This document shows positions 19,770-30,015 of a stretch of 64,000 nt of DNA, piece after piece. The first letter of the stretch is position 1, and each line of letters opens with the position of its first letter. Both the position numbers and the translations under genes were made by a program. The notes under the pieces were generated by a model, which was not told where the DNA came from, did not search any database, and saw nothing but the letters and a program-made list of their open reading frames with translations. The stretch is taken from positions 1,248,001 to 1,312,000 of the forward strand of contig OY970340.1 in NCBI GenBank assembly GCA_963717465.1, in the 5' to 3' direction. The DNA comes from Candidatus Bathyarchaeota archaeon. Lineage in GTDB: Archaea > Thermoproteota > Bathyarchaeia > Bathyarchaeales > Bathycorpusculaceae.

Positions 19770-21305
19770 ATGAGGGCGATAGAAGAGGGTTCTCGGGAAG
19801 AGAGAGAAATGAATAAAGAGAGAATTAAAAAGACACTGCTATCCATAAAAGTCGTACGGAAACCTACAAAGCTAGCAGTCCTGTTCATCAGCGTTGTGTT
19901 CATAATTAGCATGTTTACAGTGCTCATGTCAGCAGATGCTTTATCAAATTCAGGAACTTTGACAAATTCATTGGCCCAAACAGCAATTTCCCAAACTCCA
20001 ATAACTTCAGGATTACACACAGACGGCAAATACATCGAAGATAGCTCAGGAAACATAATTTATCTGCGGGGTTTTCAAAAAGTGGAGATGGCTGATTATT
20101 CTGATGGTGTATGGATGGGAAGCCTAACATGGAATGCCACAAACGTAAAGACAGAATTAGAAGCGATGAAATCTCAGGGCGCAAATACTGTACGTTGCAT
20201 ACAAGCAATCGAAAACTGGAAATACGATTTAAGCACCCCTGGCGGCATACCCAACAGGGAAGCTGTAGAACAATTACTGACGATTGCACAACAAGAAGGA
20301 ATGTACGTTATATTCACACCCTACCGCGTTACAAACTACGTTGACGGGGGAAACCAAGACCCGTTACCATATCCTCCGTATCAAACCTCAGCCGGTGCAT
20401 CATCAGTTATTGGCAGCACACAAGATTTCGTTGATTACTGGTCAAGCGTAGCTTCAGTGCTCAAAAATTACCCAAATGCAATCTTTGAAATCTGGAATGA
20501 ACCTCATGGTGACGATGCAGCAATGACACAGTTCTTTGGTGTTCAGCAGCAAGTTATCAACGCAATCAGAGCCACTGGAGCACAAAACATAATCATGGCC
20601 CAATGGGACATGGGCAGCTGGGTAAACTTAGATGATCCAAGCAGTGGTTCAACAATGGCTTGGATAACTCAAGCAAACCTCACTGATCCATTGAACAATT
20701 TGGTTTACGTTACTCACATTTACCGTGAATATGGTGACACAGGCATTTACTCCGACCCTGCATCAATCGCAAAATGGGGAACAGACCACGCCTACGATTA
20801 CAATGAACTAATCAAAGCTTTCCAAGATGAAAAACTTGACTGGGTCTTGAACACATTGAATAAGCCACTGTTCGTTACAGAAATAGGCTGTGATGTTGCT
20901 CAATCCGGTCCTGAAGCATCTTATGAAACAACTGCCTTCGCTAACGCACTGAAAATATTTAACGAATGGGGAATCAACTACATTATTCATTGGTGGAGAG
21001 ACATAGGTATATTCAGCTTGAACAGCGGACCGCCGAATTTTACACCGACTGCAGGAGGCACTATTGCAGATTATTACTTACAACATCAACCAGCCGTACC
21101 AACTGGCACTTCAACAGGTTCCACATCAAATTCAAATTCATTAGTTGACGGCTCGCCAACATCTACAACTTTACCAGCATCCACACTCGCAATACTATCA
21201 CCAATGACCATAACAACCATAATGATGAGTGCAGTTTTATTGGCCCTATTGATCATTCTGCCCACTCTTGTCACACGCTTAAGAAGCAAAGGTAGAAGTC
21301 AGTAA
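19770..21305 (+). CDS. Glycoside hydrolase family 5 (cellulase-like), membrane-anchored
   Basis: GLHTDGKYIED, IFEIWNEPH (acid/base), HIY, FVTEIG (nucleophile); Ser/Thr linker and C-terminal TM. Confidence 0.88.
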   Translation: MRAIEEGSREEREMNKERIKKTLLSIKVVRKPTKLAVLFISVVFIISMFTVLMSADALSNSGTLTNSLAQTAISQTPITSGLHTDGKYIEDSSGNIIYLRGFQKVEMADYSDGVWMGSLTWNATNVKTELEAMKSQGANTVRCIQAIENWKYDLSTPGGIPNREAVEQLLTIAQQEGMYVIFTPYRVTNYVDGGNQDPLPYPPYQTSAGASSVIGSTQDFVDYWSSVASVLKNYPNAIFEIWNEPHGDDAAMTQFFGVQQQVINAIRATGAQNIIMAQWDMGSWVNLDDPSSGSTMAWITQANLTDPLNNLVYVTHIYREYGDTGIYSDPASIAKWGTDHAYDYNELIKAFQDEKLDWVLNTLNKPLFVTEIGCDVAQSGPEASYETTAFANALKIFNEWGINYIIHWWRDIGIFSLNSGPPNFTPTAGGTIADYYLQHQPAVPTGTSTGSTSNSNSLVDGSPTSTTLPASTLAILSPMTITTIMMSAVLLALLIILPTLVTRLRSKGRSQ

Positions 21306-21476
21306 ACGCCTTCCCTTTTTTGTTTTCTTAACTAAAAACCTATTTTTTCTATAACTGATTTTCTTAATTTTAAGTCTTAGGTCTCAAAACGAAACAATCA
21401 AACAAAAACAAAAAAAATGCCTTCTACAGATTATTTTTTTAGATTTACCGAAAAAGAAAAGAAAAACCGAAGTTCC

Positions 21477-23342
21477 TTATTTCCACAAATCATTCGCTAT
21501 TTCATTTAAGTCAAGCTGTATAAGCTTGTTTTTCGAAGGCTTACCGGTTTCCCAATCCCAATCCATTAACTTGTTGTACTCCTGCACCATGTCTTTTAGG
21601 TATGAAGCAATCGAATGCCCTTTTGCACCACCATCCGGCGGAGCCTCCAAAAATCTAGGTGAGACATCCAAATCCATTTCAGGCAAAAACCCATGCCTAA
21701 CATTAAATGCCCTCTGAACGTTAGCAATTCTCTCGCCAACAATTAACATTTCCTCAACACTAAGAGGCCACCCAGTGAGAGCAGTATACGCTTTAGACAT
21801 AGTATCCAAACTTACACAGCCCCACAAGCAGACACCCAACGTATCTATCGCAAGCTTCTTACACTGTGTCCGACGCGCAGCATCACTTTTCCCAGCAATC
21901 TCAAAAGGATCCAACGGCTCATTAATCCCAATTTCCGCATCTGTTTGCAAATCAGAACCTCCACTTTCATGCCTGGGACCTGCACCTCCAATGCAAAACC
22001 CTAAAAACATCCCCCACATAGCCCTCATATCATGCGCATGGTTCGATTCTCCTTTAATATGAGACGCAAAACTCGAGGCTTCTTTGCCACCTATTTTCTC
22101 TGGTCCAGCTTTCAACCCTAATGCCAGAATATCACCTATCCCTTCCCGGTAAGCTATTCTTCTCAGAAGTTCTGCCGCAGCTTTTTCATCACCCCAGCGG
22201 AGCTCCAATCCATTAAGGTTATCCTTGTTAAGTATGCCTTTCTCGTATGCTTCTATTGCCCAGCTTACTATTGAACCAGCCCAATTACCGTCAAAGCCCA
22301 ATTTATCCACATAATCAGTTAACCACAATACCGATCCAGGATCACTTATTCCGATGAGTGATCCTAAGTTTGTGCAATCTTCTAATTCTGGTTCCTCCCC
22401 TACAAACCCTGTATACGGGCCCTCGGTAACTTCCATCAGGTTAACATGTGCTATGGAGCAGCCAAAACATGGTTTTCGCGTAACTTTAAACTTCTCGCGC
22501 ATATAGTACCCTGTTAATTTTTCAACCCCTGGGAAAACTCCAGTTTGAAAATTCTTTACTGGTACATCACCCATTTCATGCATCGGCTCAAGAACTGCAG
22601 CAGTTCCAGCCGAGTTAAGCAATCCGGTCATCATTGCTGATTCACTCTCTTCCCGCCACTTCTTAGCTAACTCTCTAAACTCTTCTGGGTTTGCAATGGG
22701 AATTTTTCCTGTCCCATGAACAGCAATTGCTTTAAGACGCTTAGAGCCCATAACTATTCCGACGTTGCCTTTAGCTGCGATGTGGCCGTAATCATTCTCT
22801 ATACAGGCACTAGCACAAAGGTTTTCTCCGGCTGGACCAATAGCTAAAACATGGGGAGCGCTTTTCTGGTTTAATTCCTTCTTAATGAAGTCTTCAGTCT
22901 CAAACGTATTTGCTTTTCCCCAGATTTTGCTTGCGTCACGAATTTCATATTGACCATCGTGTATCCATAGATATACTGGTTTTTCAGAGGCGCCTTGTAT
23001 TATAATGCCGTCGTATCCAGCGAACTTGAGGTTTGCACCCCAAAAACCGTGAGAGTTAGCAACGGCTATGTTGCAACCGGTTATTGGGTTTAATGATATT
23101 ACTTGAAAGTTGGATGGTGATTGGACCATTGTACCTGTAAAGGGGCCGGTCATGAAGATAAGCCGATTTTCCGGGTCTGTCGCTTTTACTTCTGGAGAAA
23201 CTTCCTCATACATAATTTTTGCCCCGATGCCGAGTTGTCCGATAAACTTCTTCAAAAAGTTATCATCAAGTTTTTCTTCTACTATCTTTTTATTGGAAAG
23301 ATTCACGCGTAATAATTTGCCCATGCATCCCCCAAGTGTCAT
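21477..23342 (-). CDS. Aldehyde:ferredoxin oxidoreductase family protein, intact
   Basis: IGPAGENL, MGSKRLKAIAV, CFGCSIAH, EPELE, WDWETGKP. Confidence 0.93.
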   Translation of the reverse strand: MTLGGCMGKLLRVNLSNKKIVEEKLDDNFLKKFIGQLGIGAKIMYEEVSPEVKATDPENRLIFMTGPFTGTMVQSPSNFQVISLNPITGCNIAVANSHGFWGANLKFAGYDGIIIQGASEKPVYLWIHDGQYEIRDASKIWGKANTFETEDFIKKELNQKSAPHVLAIGPAGENLCASACIENDYGHIAAKGNVGIVMGSKRLKAIAVHGTGKIPIANPEEFRELAKKWREESESAMMTGLLNSAGTAAVLEPMHEMGDVPVKNFQTGVFPGVEKLTGYYMREKFKVTRKPCFGCSIAHVNLMEVTEGPYTGFVGEEPELEDCTNLGSLIGISDPGSVLWLTDYVDKLGFDGNWAGSIVSWAIEAYEKGILNKDNLNGLELRWGDEKAAAELLRRIAYREGIGDILALGLKAGPEKIGGKEASSFASHIKGESNHAHDMRAMWGMFLGFCIGGAGPRHESGGSDLQTDAEIGINEPLDPFEIAGKSDAARRTQCKKLAIDTLGVCLWGCVSLDTMSKAYTALTGWPLSVEEMLIVGERIANVQRAFNVRHGFLPEMDLDVSPRFLEAPPDGGAKGHSIASYLKDMVQEYNKLMDWDWETGKPSKNKLIQLDLNEIANDLWK

Positions 23343-23386
23343 ATATAGACCTCAAAATGATTAAATTTGATGCATACTTAAGTTTT

Positions 23387-23410
23387 CTTTATGCATTTCA
23401 ATGCATAACG
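23387..23410. promoter_or_regulatory. ModE-type operator upstream of the AOR
   Basis: CTTTAT-GCATTTCAATGC-ATAACG fits CGTTAT-N12-ATAACG; inner palindrome TTATGCATT-TC-AATGCATAA is perfect. Confidence 0.65.
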
Positions 23411-23565
23411 TTTAATGATGCTCTAGCAGATCACTGAAAGAAATGAGAAGACAAACAACCCTTAACCCAACAATTTAAAGGAAAATGAAGGTGACGTACT
23501 CCACTGAACGGGTACGAAATTTTTCCGAATAAATTAATTCTTTAAAAAAATAGCTCTGTTATCCA

Positions 23566-24183
23566 TCACGTTTGACCAAATTCTCTAATAAACTCGTCTA
23601 TGTCACCGTAAAAATAGTCAAGGTTTTCTCTGATTTTGTTTTCGTCCCAATTCCACCAAGCGATTGCTAACAGTTGCCGTATTTGTTCCTCGCTGTATCT
23701 GTACTTAATTATTCTTGCGGGTACTCCCCCAACTATAGCATAAGGCGGAACGTTGCGAGTTACAACTGCTCCAGCTCCGACAATTACCCCGTCTCCAACA
23801 GTTACTCTTGGAAGAATTATCGATCTTGCACCTATCCAAACATCGCTGCCAATTTTAACGTAGCCTCCTTTGTTTGGGAGAAAATATTTTTGTTTAAAAC
23901 CGTTTTTCTTTAGGTTTGCCAGTGGAAAAGTTGAAACTCTCTTATTCATATATTCGCTAAGTGGTATGTGCCCCATCGATGTTACAATAATCACATCTGG
24001 GCCAATTGAGCAATAATTACCAATTGTCACGTTATCTCTGAAGAACATGTACATGTATGGGGTCCCCATGCAATGCTTCCCTAGATTAACTGAGCCTTTC
24101 GGCATCATGTACATGCGCCACAAATACGTTAGAGTTGTCTTAAAATCCATGTTTAACCGCTCAAGTAAAAAATTCTTGTTCAC
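23566..24183 (-). CDS. CatB/Vat-related hexapeptide O-acetyltransferase
   Basis: [37 protein letters not shown]. Confidence 0.88.
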   Translation of the reverse strand: MNKNFLLERLNMDFKTTLTYLWRMYMMPKGSVNLGKHCMGTPYMYMFFRDNVTIGNYCSIGPDVIIVTSMGHIPLSEYMNKRVSTFPLANLKKNGFKQKYFLPNKGGYVKIGSDVWIGARSIILPRVTVGDGVIVGAGAVVTRNVPPYAIVGGVPARIIKYRYSEEQIRQLLAIAWWNWDENKIRENLDYFYGDIDEFIREFGQT

Positions 24184-24372
24184 TTCTATTTTTCGTAGCC
24201 TTGTTTTTAAGAATTAGCTTGGTCAGTTGATGGAATAGCGATAGACTAACCATAAACTGAGATAACCATTTTTGAGAACAACTTGTTGCTTAAAAAAAGC
24301 TTACTCCATTAACAAAAGCCAGGCAAAACAACAAGATATTGATTACCTGGTCTTCCTTCATTAATGATAGAT

Positions 24373-24741
24373 TCAATGACTTTGCTTTAGGTGCATCCAC
24401 ACATCAATGCCTAGGAACAAATCAAAGAGTAAAAATCCTAAGAAAATTGTAAGGTTTAGAAATAAGTTGGCCGTCGAGCTTCCAAAAAGCATCTCAATTA
24501 ATACTATAACAGCTGCGACTGTGTTAATCGCAATGACGCCACGATGGAGCGGTTTGTTTTTGTTAGCATGAAACCTAAAGTCAGCTAAACTCATTGCCAT
24601 TACCACGAAAAGTGCCCCGGATACAAAAAGGGTAATCGCAAAACTATAGGGATTAACAACAAGAACAGCTATCCCTAAAAACCATCCTGCAAAAGCAAAA
24701 ACTGCATTTATGACTGAATGTTGACTCACTATTTTACTCAA
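24373..24741 (-). CDS. Hypothetical 4-TM membrane protein
   Basis: Four hydrophobic segments. Confidence 0.65.
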   Translation of the reverse strand: MSKIVSQHSVINAVFAFAGWFLGIAVLVVNPYSFAITLFVSGALFVVMAMSLADFRFHANKNKPLHRGVIAINTVAAVIVLIEMLFGSSTANLFLNLTIFLGFLLFDLFLGIDVWMHLKQSH

Positions 24742-24850
24742 GGTCTACTTCCACTTCGGTTTAGATTTAACTATGATTTCATTGGTTAACATTTAGATCC
24801 GTCTGAACGTATAAGTCAACAATGCGACAAGAATCAGGAATTTAACTTGG

Positions 24851-25330
24851 TTATTTTTTCTTAAGGAGGCGCCCATAACGGTCAATCTCTCCTTTACGGA
24901 TACGAGTAGTTGAAATGGGCTTTCGGTTTTCAGCCGGAACCATGCGAATTGTTATTATTTTAAGGGGCTTAAGCCTTGCTTCTTTTCTTTTACCGTTTAT
25001 TTTCTTTGCAATTCCCTTTGTTTCTTTGCTAACAACCAAAGCGTCAATTTCCTTATCAGATAACGTAACGCCGTATGAATCGTCTAGTTGAACAATTTCT
25101 GTTCTTGCTTTAACGCCATTTTTCTCCAAGAAGTCTTTTACTTCTTTAAGTCTCTCATCATAAGAAGCTGTCAGGTGAGGCTTATCCATTTTTGAAACAA
25201 ATTCGTCAGATGATAAGCCAACTAAAACATGTTCTCCAACTTCAATAGCCTTATCAAGCAAAGCTTCATGTCCCATGTGAAGCTCATCAAATGTGCCGCC
25301 TACTGCTACTTTCTTAAATTTCTTCATCAA
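24851..25330 (-). CDS. coaD: Phosphopantetheine adenylyltransferase (archaeal type)
   Basis: VGGTFDELHMGH, LVVSKET, ISTTRIR. Confidence 0.92.
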   Translation of the reverse strand: MMKKFKKVAVGGTFDELHMGHEALLDKAIEVGEHVLVGLSSDEFVSKMDKPHLTASYDERLKEVKDFLEKNGVKARTEIVQLDDSYGVTLSDKEIDALVVSKETKGIAKKINGKRKEARLKPLKIITIRMVPAENRKPISTTRIRKGEIDRYGRLLKKK

Positions 25331-26253
25331 CTTATCAGCCTGGCACCTTGAGAATCTATCTTGCTAACGATAACTTGCTTAATAGACTTAACCTGTTTGA
25401 ATACTTCAGCAACTTTATCAGCATTCTCTTGACTTACAAGGGAGTGCACTGCTTCACCAAGCATGTTCTGTGCTGAACCAATCGCACCAGCCTTTTCCGC
25501 TAAACGTGCAAGTTCTCTAATTTGAGGCGTCATAAACCCAGTTTTCTCAGCAAACTTCAGGGAGTAATCCAAGAAATTCTCTAAGGTAGGCTTATTCATT
25601 ATTTCTTGTAGCGTTTTGTTGCCCCACTGGTTAATTCTTCGCCGTTTCTCGGGTGAGGATAAAACCTGCTTAGTTGGAATCGGTCCGAAAAAACCTGCAA
25701 CAACAACGCAATCTGGACTTATGGGTAACCTATCTATAACGCTTATTCCAGGCGCTCCCGGCTCCAGCGTAAGGGCGCAACCGCCCAGCATCAGGGGACC
25801 AACAGTACCTAAACCAGTTTTGCATTGAATTTCAGCAACATGGGCTATCCTGCCAATCTGGTTATACGTTAATGGCAAATTCAATGCTTCTTTAAGAGCC
25901 AACCCAGTAGTTAATGCCCCACCAGCGCTTGTTCCAAAACCAGCACCTATAGGCACCTCAACAGTGTGATGAACTACCACATCATAGGGTTTTTCCATTT
26001 TGCTTAGAAGCATCTCTGCAACTGTTCTAGTTGTCTCCGCCTCCGGAGCCATCGAGTTATTAATAAAAACCTTAATATCTATTTTTTTTGCTTCCTTAAC
26101 ATTGACTTGGGTCCAAACGCCTTTTTGAATTCCAAAGCCGCCGCCTCTGGATCCAACACGCTCCAAATCCAGAATCGGTTTACCTTTTATTTTATCGCAG
26201 ATTTCAAAAAAACTGGAGATTCCTGCTGGGGCAAACGCCTTAGCGGTTTTCAT
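25327..26253 (-). CDS. Pantoate kinase (GHMP family)
   Basis: AFAPAGISSFF, GSRGGG, PIGAGFGTS, AHVAE..TGLGTV, SAQNMLG. Confidence 0.9.
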   Translation of the reverse strand: MKTAKAFAPAGISSFFEICDKIKGKPILDLERVGSRGGGFGIQKGVWTQVNVKEAKKIDIKVFINNSMAPEAETTRTVAEMLLSKMEKPYDVVVHHTVEVPIGAGFGTSAGGALTTGLALKEALNLPLTYNQIGRIAHVAEIQCKTGLGTVGPLMLGGCALTLEPGAPGISVIDRLPISPDCVVVAGFFGPIPTKQVLSSPEKRRRINQWGNKTLQEIMNKPTLENFLDYSLKFAEKTGFMTPQIRELARLAEKAGAIGSAQNMLGEAVHSLVSQENADKVAEVFKQVKSIKQVIVSKIDSQGARLIS

Positions 26254-27022
26254 TTTTTGCACTTTTTTCTTCTTGCTTTTTGGTTAGCTGTGGAAATGCT
26301 GCGTAGCAAGCTTTTATAATTGGCGGTGAAAGCAACATTAGAAATGGAATTTCTGTAGCAAAGGTCCAAACGAAATATAAAGGTATAACACTGGCTGACA
26401 ATGGTGCTGTAAAGGTGCCTGTGGGCGAAAAGAAGATTAGACTGTAAACCCATACGCCAACTGATAATATGACTGAGCCGATTACTTGGCCGATGATTGC
26501 GCTAACGCCGAAGTTTTTGAATTCTTTCCAATACTTAGTTATTAATAAAAACGATGGTATAGTGACTGCCATTATGACAACAAAGAGAATAGCTAAAGTG
26601 ATAGGTGTTAATGCATAAGCTGTCTGGGATTCCGTGGGAAAAATTAATGTTGGAGCCAATAAACCGAGGATTATTACTGCAGCACCCATTAAAAAGCTTA
26701 GGACCGTTTTTTTCCTATCCAACTTTGTCCTTGATAAGTACCCAACAATGAAAAATAAAGCAAAATTTGCTGTAACACCCGCAATTAGACTAAGCAATGG
26801 GTTACCTGTGACATACGCGTCTCTGATGAAGATGCCAATAGCGCCGCCTAATCCTCCAACCCAAGGACCAAAAAGGACTGCGAATATTGCTGGTATGAAA
26901 ACTGCCGGCCAAAATGCAACATTACCAAAATTCAAGTTATAACTTGTCAGATAGCCCACCACTGCATAAAGTGCCGCGCACAATGCAACAGCAATAATAT
27001 CACGGGATTTCAGTTTGACCAT
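26240..27022 (-). CDS. ECF transporter S component (QueT-like)
   Basis: VALCAALYAV, FWPAVFIPAIFAVLFGP; multiple TM segments. Confidence 0.75.
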   Translation of the reverse strand: MVKLKSRDIIAVALCAALYAVVGYLTSYNLNFGNVAFWPAVFIPAIFAVLFGPWVGGLGGAIGIFIRDAYVTGNPLLSLIAGVTANFALFFIVGYLSRTKLDRKKTVLSFLMGAAVIILGLLAPTLIFPTESQTAYALTPITLAILFVVIMAVTIPSFLLITKYWKEFKNFGVSAIIGQVIGSVILSVGVWVYSLIFFSPTGTFTAPLSASVIPLYFVWTFATEIPFLMLLSPPIIKACYAAFPQLTKKQEEKSAKNENR

Positions 27023-27157
27023 GTACTTAATGCTCCATTTTCGAATGGTTTAAGGCTTGAACGAATTCGTTATAGATAAAACTTACCTATGAACAGTTTA
27101 AATATGTTTAGACTTATCGCAAGTATCATCAAACTGGCTATTGATTAGAATCGCGGA

Positions 27158-27468
27158 TCATGTTTTTTGTCGCTTCATCAGTTCAGTGTGGTCTTTTTTG
27201 TACTCTTCATGCTTGTAAGTGTAAGGCTTGTTGCTTGCAGGCAGGGGCGTGTTGTGCTTGTAACCTCGTTTACGCATTTCTTGCACTTCCTCGCTGTGGC
27301 GAGCATAAATTGATCTAAGCGATTTCTGAACCGCAATGTTTCAGGATGATGACTAAAAGCTTTGTATTTTCCCTCCAATGCGCCAACTATACAGTGGAGT
27401 TCCGCATGTTCTCCCAGTAAATGTTGGCGATCAAACTCTTGGACTGGCACACTCCAAATCCGAACCAT
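27158..27468 (-). CDS. Pyrimidine-dimer DNA glycosylase / endonuclease V-like protein (frameshift near 27310)
   Basis: MVRIWS..LLGEHAELH..HPETLRF, then YARHSEEVQEMRKRGYKH in the shifted frame. Confidence 0.75.
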
Positions 27469-27575
27469 AAAAAACACCTTATAAAAACTAATTTTTTAAT
27501 CGGCTGCCTTGGAACTATCTTTTGATAGTCCTGCAAGCATCACAACGAATTGCCTTAATCAACTGACTTGAAGTT

Positions 27576-27932
27576 TTACTTTTTATGCCTTTTAATTCTA
27601 TCTTGCTTTTGAGTCGCCATGCGCCAATCTTTCTTTCTCTGAGTCTGCATTACGAATCTTTCTTGTCGGGGCATTGGCGATAATTTGCGGTGATGTGCAA
27701 TATTTTGGTAAAATGTTTCCAAATCACTCTTGTTCTCTTTTAAATCTAGTATTTTCTTGTTCAAGTCTTCTTTGTCTGCGGCACTATTTACTTTGTCAAA
27801 TGTTTCTGAATAAACAAGGTATGCCGCATGAAACTGGAAATTTGAGGTGTCATCGATTAAAAGTTTCTCAATTTTGAGGGGTTCGTTATTGTTTGTTTTT
27901 GATTCTTCGGTCATGTTTTTCCCGTTATGCAA
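27576..27932 (-). CDS. Hypothetical protein with a basic C-terminus
   Basis: Clean ORF. Confidence 0.6.
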   Translation of the reverse strand: MHNGKNMTEESKTNNNEPLKIEKLLIDDTSNFQFHAAYLVYSETFDKVNSAADKEDLNKKILDLKENKSDLETFYQNIAHHRKLSPMPRQERFVMQTQRKKDWRMATQKQDRIKRHKK

Positions 27933-28090
27933 TGGATGATGTGTTTTTCACCCTTTTATAGATGTGCCTCTAAAGTATTCCGCTGTACATTGAAAATAGA
28001 TTTAATCGCTTATTTAAAGGGCAATTATTAAAATGGTATTTCTTTGGAAGAAGAGATTAATTTTAATACAATTTCAAAACACTATAACTC

Positions 28091-29122
28091 ATGGATACTC
28101 TTGTAGATGATATCGGCAGTTTTCCATTCCCTTTAAATGCCAACAAAGAAAAATTTAATCGCGCTTATCAGATAGCAAGAGAAATGGCATTTAACAAAAA
28201 AGATTTTGCGAGCAATGATTTTTTAAAAGAAAATTTTAATTCTATAATCCTTAACGCATTTAAGAAGAAACTAGCTTCCGGACTAGATGTTGCTAATTAT
28301 CCTCAACTCTACAATGGAATGAACCAAGTGTGTGACCTTATCCATTTAGCCAAGGAAAAAGGCTCATACGTCGTCGAAGAGAAAAAAGCTTTATTGCCCG
28401 AAATCTGCATTCTTGAAAAAGAAGCAAAAACCCTCTGTGAAGAATTCGGAAAGAAAATTCAGTTACGGGTATCACTTTTTGGACCGCTAGAATTATACTA
28501 TCAAGAGATTGGAAGTATAGTTTACCCTGACGTATTATTAGCTTTAGCGGAAACTGTACGGCGAATTGCAAAGAATTCGGTTATTAACTCGAAGTACATT
28601 CAAACAAGGGTTGTATCCATTGATGAGCCCAGTTTAGGCTATACTGAGCTTGATGTTGAATCAGGCCTTTTCTGTGAGGTTGTAAAGAAAGCTTTTGATT
28701 TCAAAGACGCAGTAAAGCAGATTCATCTTCATTTACCTTACAAGTTTCATGAATTGTTAGGCGTTGAAAACCTTGACGTGTTATCGTTTGAGTATGCGGC
28801 TTCCCCCCAAAATATTGCTGTCGTGCCAAAGCGGCTTCTTGATCAAGCGGATAAGCAGATTAGGGTGGGCATTTCAAGGACTGACATAGACTCGTTGATT
28901 GCTGAACTTAAAGATAAGGGAATCTCTAAGCCTTCAAATGATCAATTAGTTGAGTCTGAAGCTACGATAAGAAAAAGGTATGTTTTCGCCAAAAAGAAAT
29001 ATGGCGAAACGCTCGCTTTTACGGGTCCTGACTGCGGTTTAAGCGGTTGGCCAAACCAAGAATCAGCACAGCTTCTGTTAGAGAGAACAGTAAAGGCTGT
29101 ACGGTCATCTGAAACAACGTAA
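28091..29122 (+). CDS. Core (single-barrel) MetE-like methyltransferase
   Basis: DDIGSFP, SIDEPS, FTGPDCGL; HLH in place of HxC. Confidence 0.8.
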   Translation: MDTLVDDIGSFPFPLNANKEKFNRAYQIAREMAFNKKDFASNDFLKENFNSIILNAFKKKLASGLDVANYPQLYNGMNQVCDLIHLAKEKGSYVVEEKKALLPEICILEKEAKTLCEEFGKKIQLRVSLFGPLELYYQEIGSIVYPDVLLALAETVRRIAKNSVINSKYIQTRVVSIDEPSLGYTELDVESGLFCEVVKKAFDFKDAVKQIHLHLPYKFHELLGVENLDVLSFEYAASPQNIAVVPKRLLDQADKQIRVGISRTDIDSLIAELKDKGISKPSNDQLVESEATIRKRYVFAKKKYGETLAFTGPDCGLSGWPNQESAQLLLERTVKAVRSSETT

Positions 29123-29126
29123 TTGC

Positions 29127-29978
29127 TTACTCTTGTTTAGCTTCCTTTGCTTTTTCCGTTCCACTTCCTTTTTGACTCTTGGGCATTTCTCCCTTAGGCA
29201 GTTCTTTAAAGCCGTATACGCCGACTGGGGGCCAACCTGCTTCAGGCATCGATGCAGGCACTAACATTATTGTGTTTGTACCTGCTTGTTGACCAAGTTC
29301 ATATAGGATGTTCATCCATCTAAGCCTTAATCCTTCTGCGCTTGACTCGTACATTTTTGCGGCTTCAATCATTTTTTGTGCGGCTTCAAATTCAGCTGTT
29401 GCTAAAGTAACTCGTGCAATACGTTCGCGTTCAGCTTGTGCTTGGCGGCTCATGGCGTCTTGAAGGTTGCCCGGTATAATAACATCCCGAATTTCTACGG
29501 CGGTGGCTTTTATTCCCCATGACTCAGTTTTTTCATCAATTATTTCCCGCAAATGTGCTCCTACTTTTTCACGTTCTGCCAATAACTCGTTGAGTGAAAC
29601 TTTGCCGATAACTTCCCTAAGGGTGGTTTGAGAAGCCAATTGGGTGGCTTGATAATAATTTTCAACTTGTAAAACTGCTTTTTGAAGATCAACAGGCTTC
29701 ATGTACAATACTGAATCAACGTTTACGGGGACGTTGTCTTTTGTGAGTGTTGACTCAGTCCTGAATTGTATAGTATCAAGTCGAGTTGAGATTTTTAAGG
29801 GTACGCGGTCAATGATGGGTATGATATATATGATGCCGGGGCCTTTCAAGCCCACAAAGCGTCCAAGTCTCAGCACGGGCACTCTTTCCCATTCTTTGAG
29901 TACACGAATACCGCTTAAAAAGAAAATTGCAACAAAAAATGCTATAATTCCAATAATAACTCCTGCAACTTCAGACAT
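29127..29978 (-). CDS. SPFH/stomatin (slipin) protein
   Basis: LTKDNVPVNVD, QTTLREVIG, QAQAERERIAR. Confidence 0.93.
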   Translation of the reverse strand: MSEVAGVIIGIIAFFVAIFFLSGIRVLKEWERVPVLRLGRFVGLKGPGIIYIIPIIDRVPLKISTRLDTIQFRTESTLTKDNVPVNVDSVLYMKPVDLQKAVLQVENYYQATQLASQTTLREVIGKVSLNELLAEREKVGAHLREIIDEKTESWGIKATAVEIRDVIIPGNLQDAMSRQAQAERERIARVTLATAEFEAAQKMIEAAKMYESSAEGLRLRWMNILYELGQQAGTNTIMLVPASMPEAGWPPVGVYGFKELPKGEMPKSQKGSGTEKAKEAKQE

Positions 29979-30015
29979 CTTTATTCCTCATAGCAGTTAT
30001 TTGTTAACTGTAGAG

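Noticed and set aside
23414..23465. C/D box sRNA (ATGATGC..CTGA..ATGAGA..CTTA)
   Set aside because: Both terminal boxes deviate from consensus and no guide target could be verified
23566..24183. Bona fide antibiotic-resistance gene
   Set aside because: Family motifs are shared with sugar O-acetyltransferases; substrate cannot be inferred from sequence
14417..24800. Classical tRNA-integrated island or provirus
   Set aside because: No integrase, no viral genes and no duplicated tRNA 3' end found by eye
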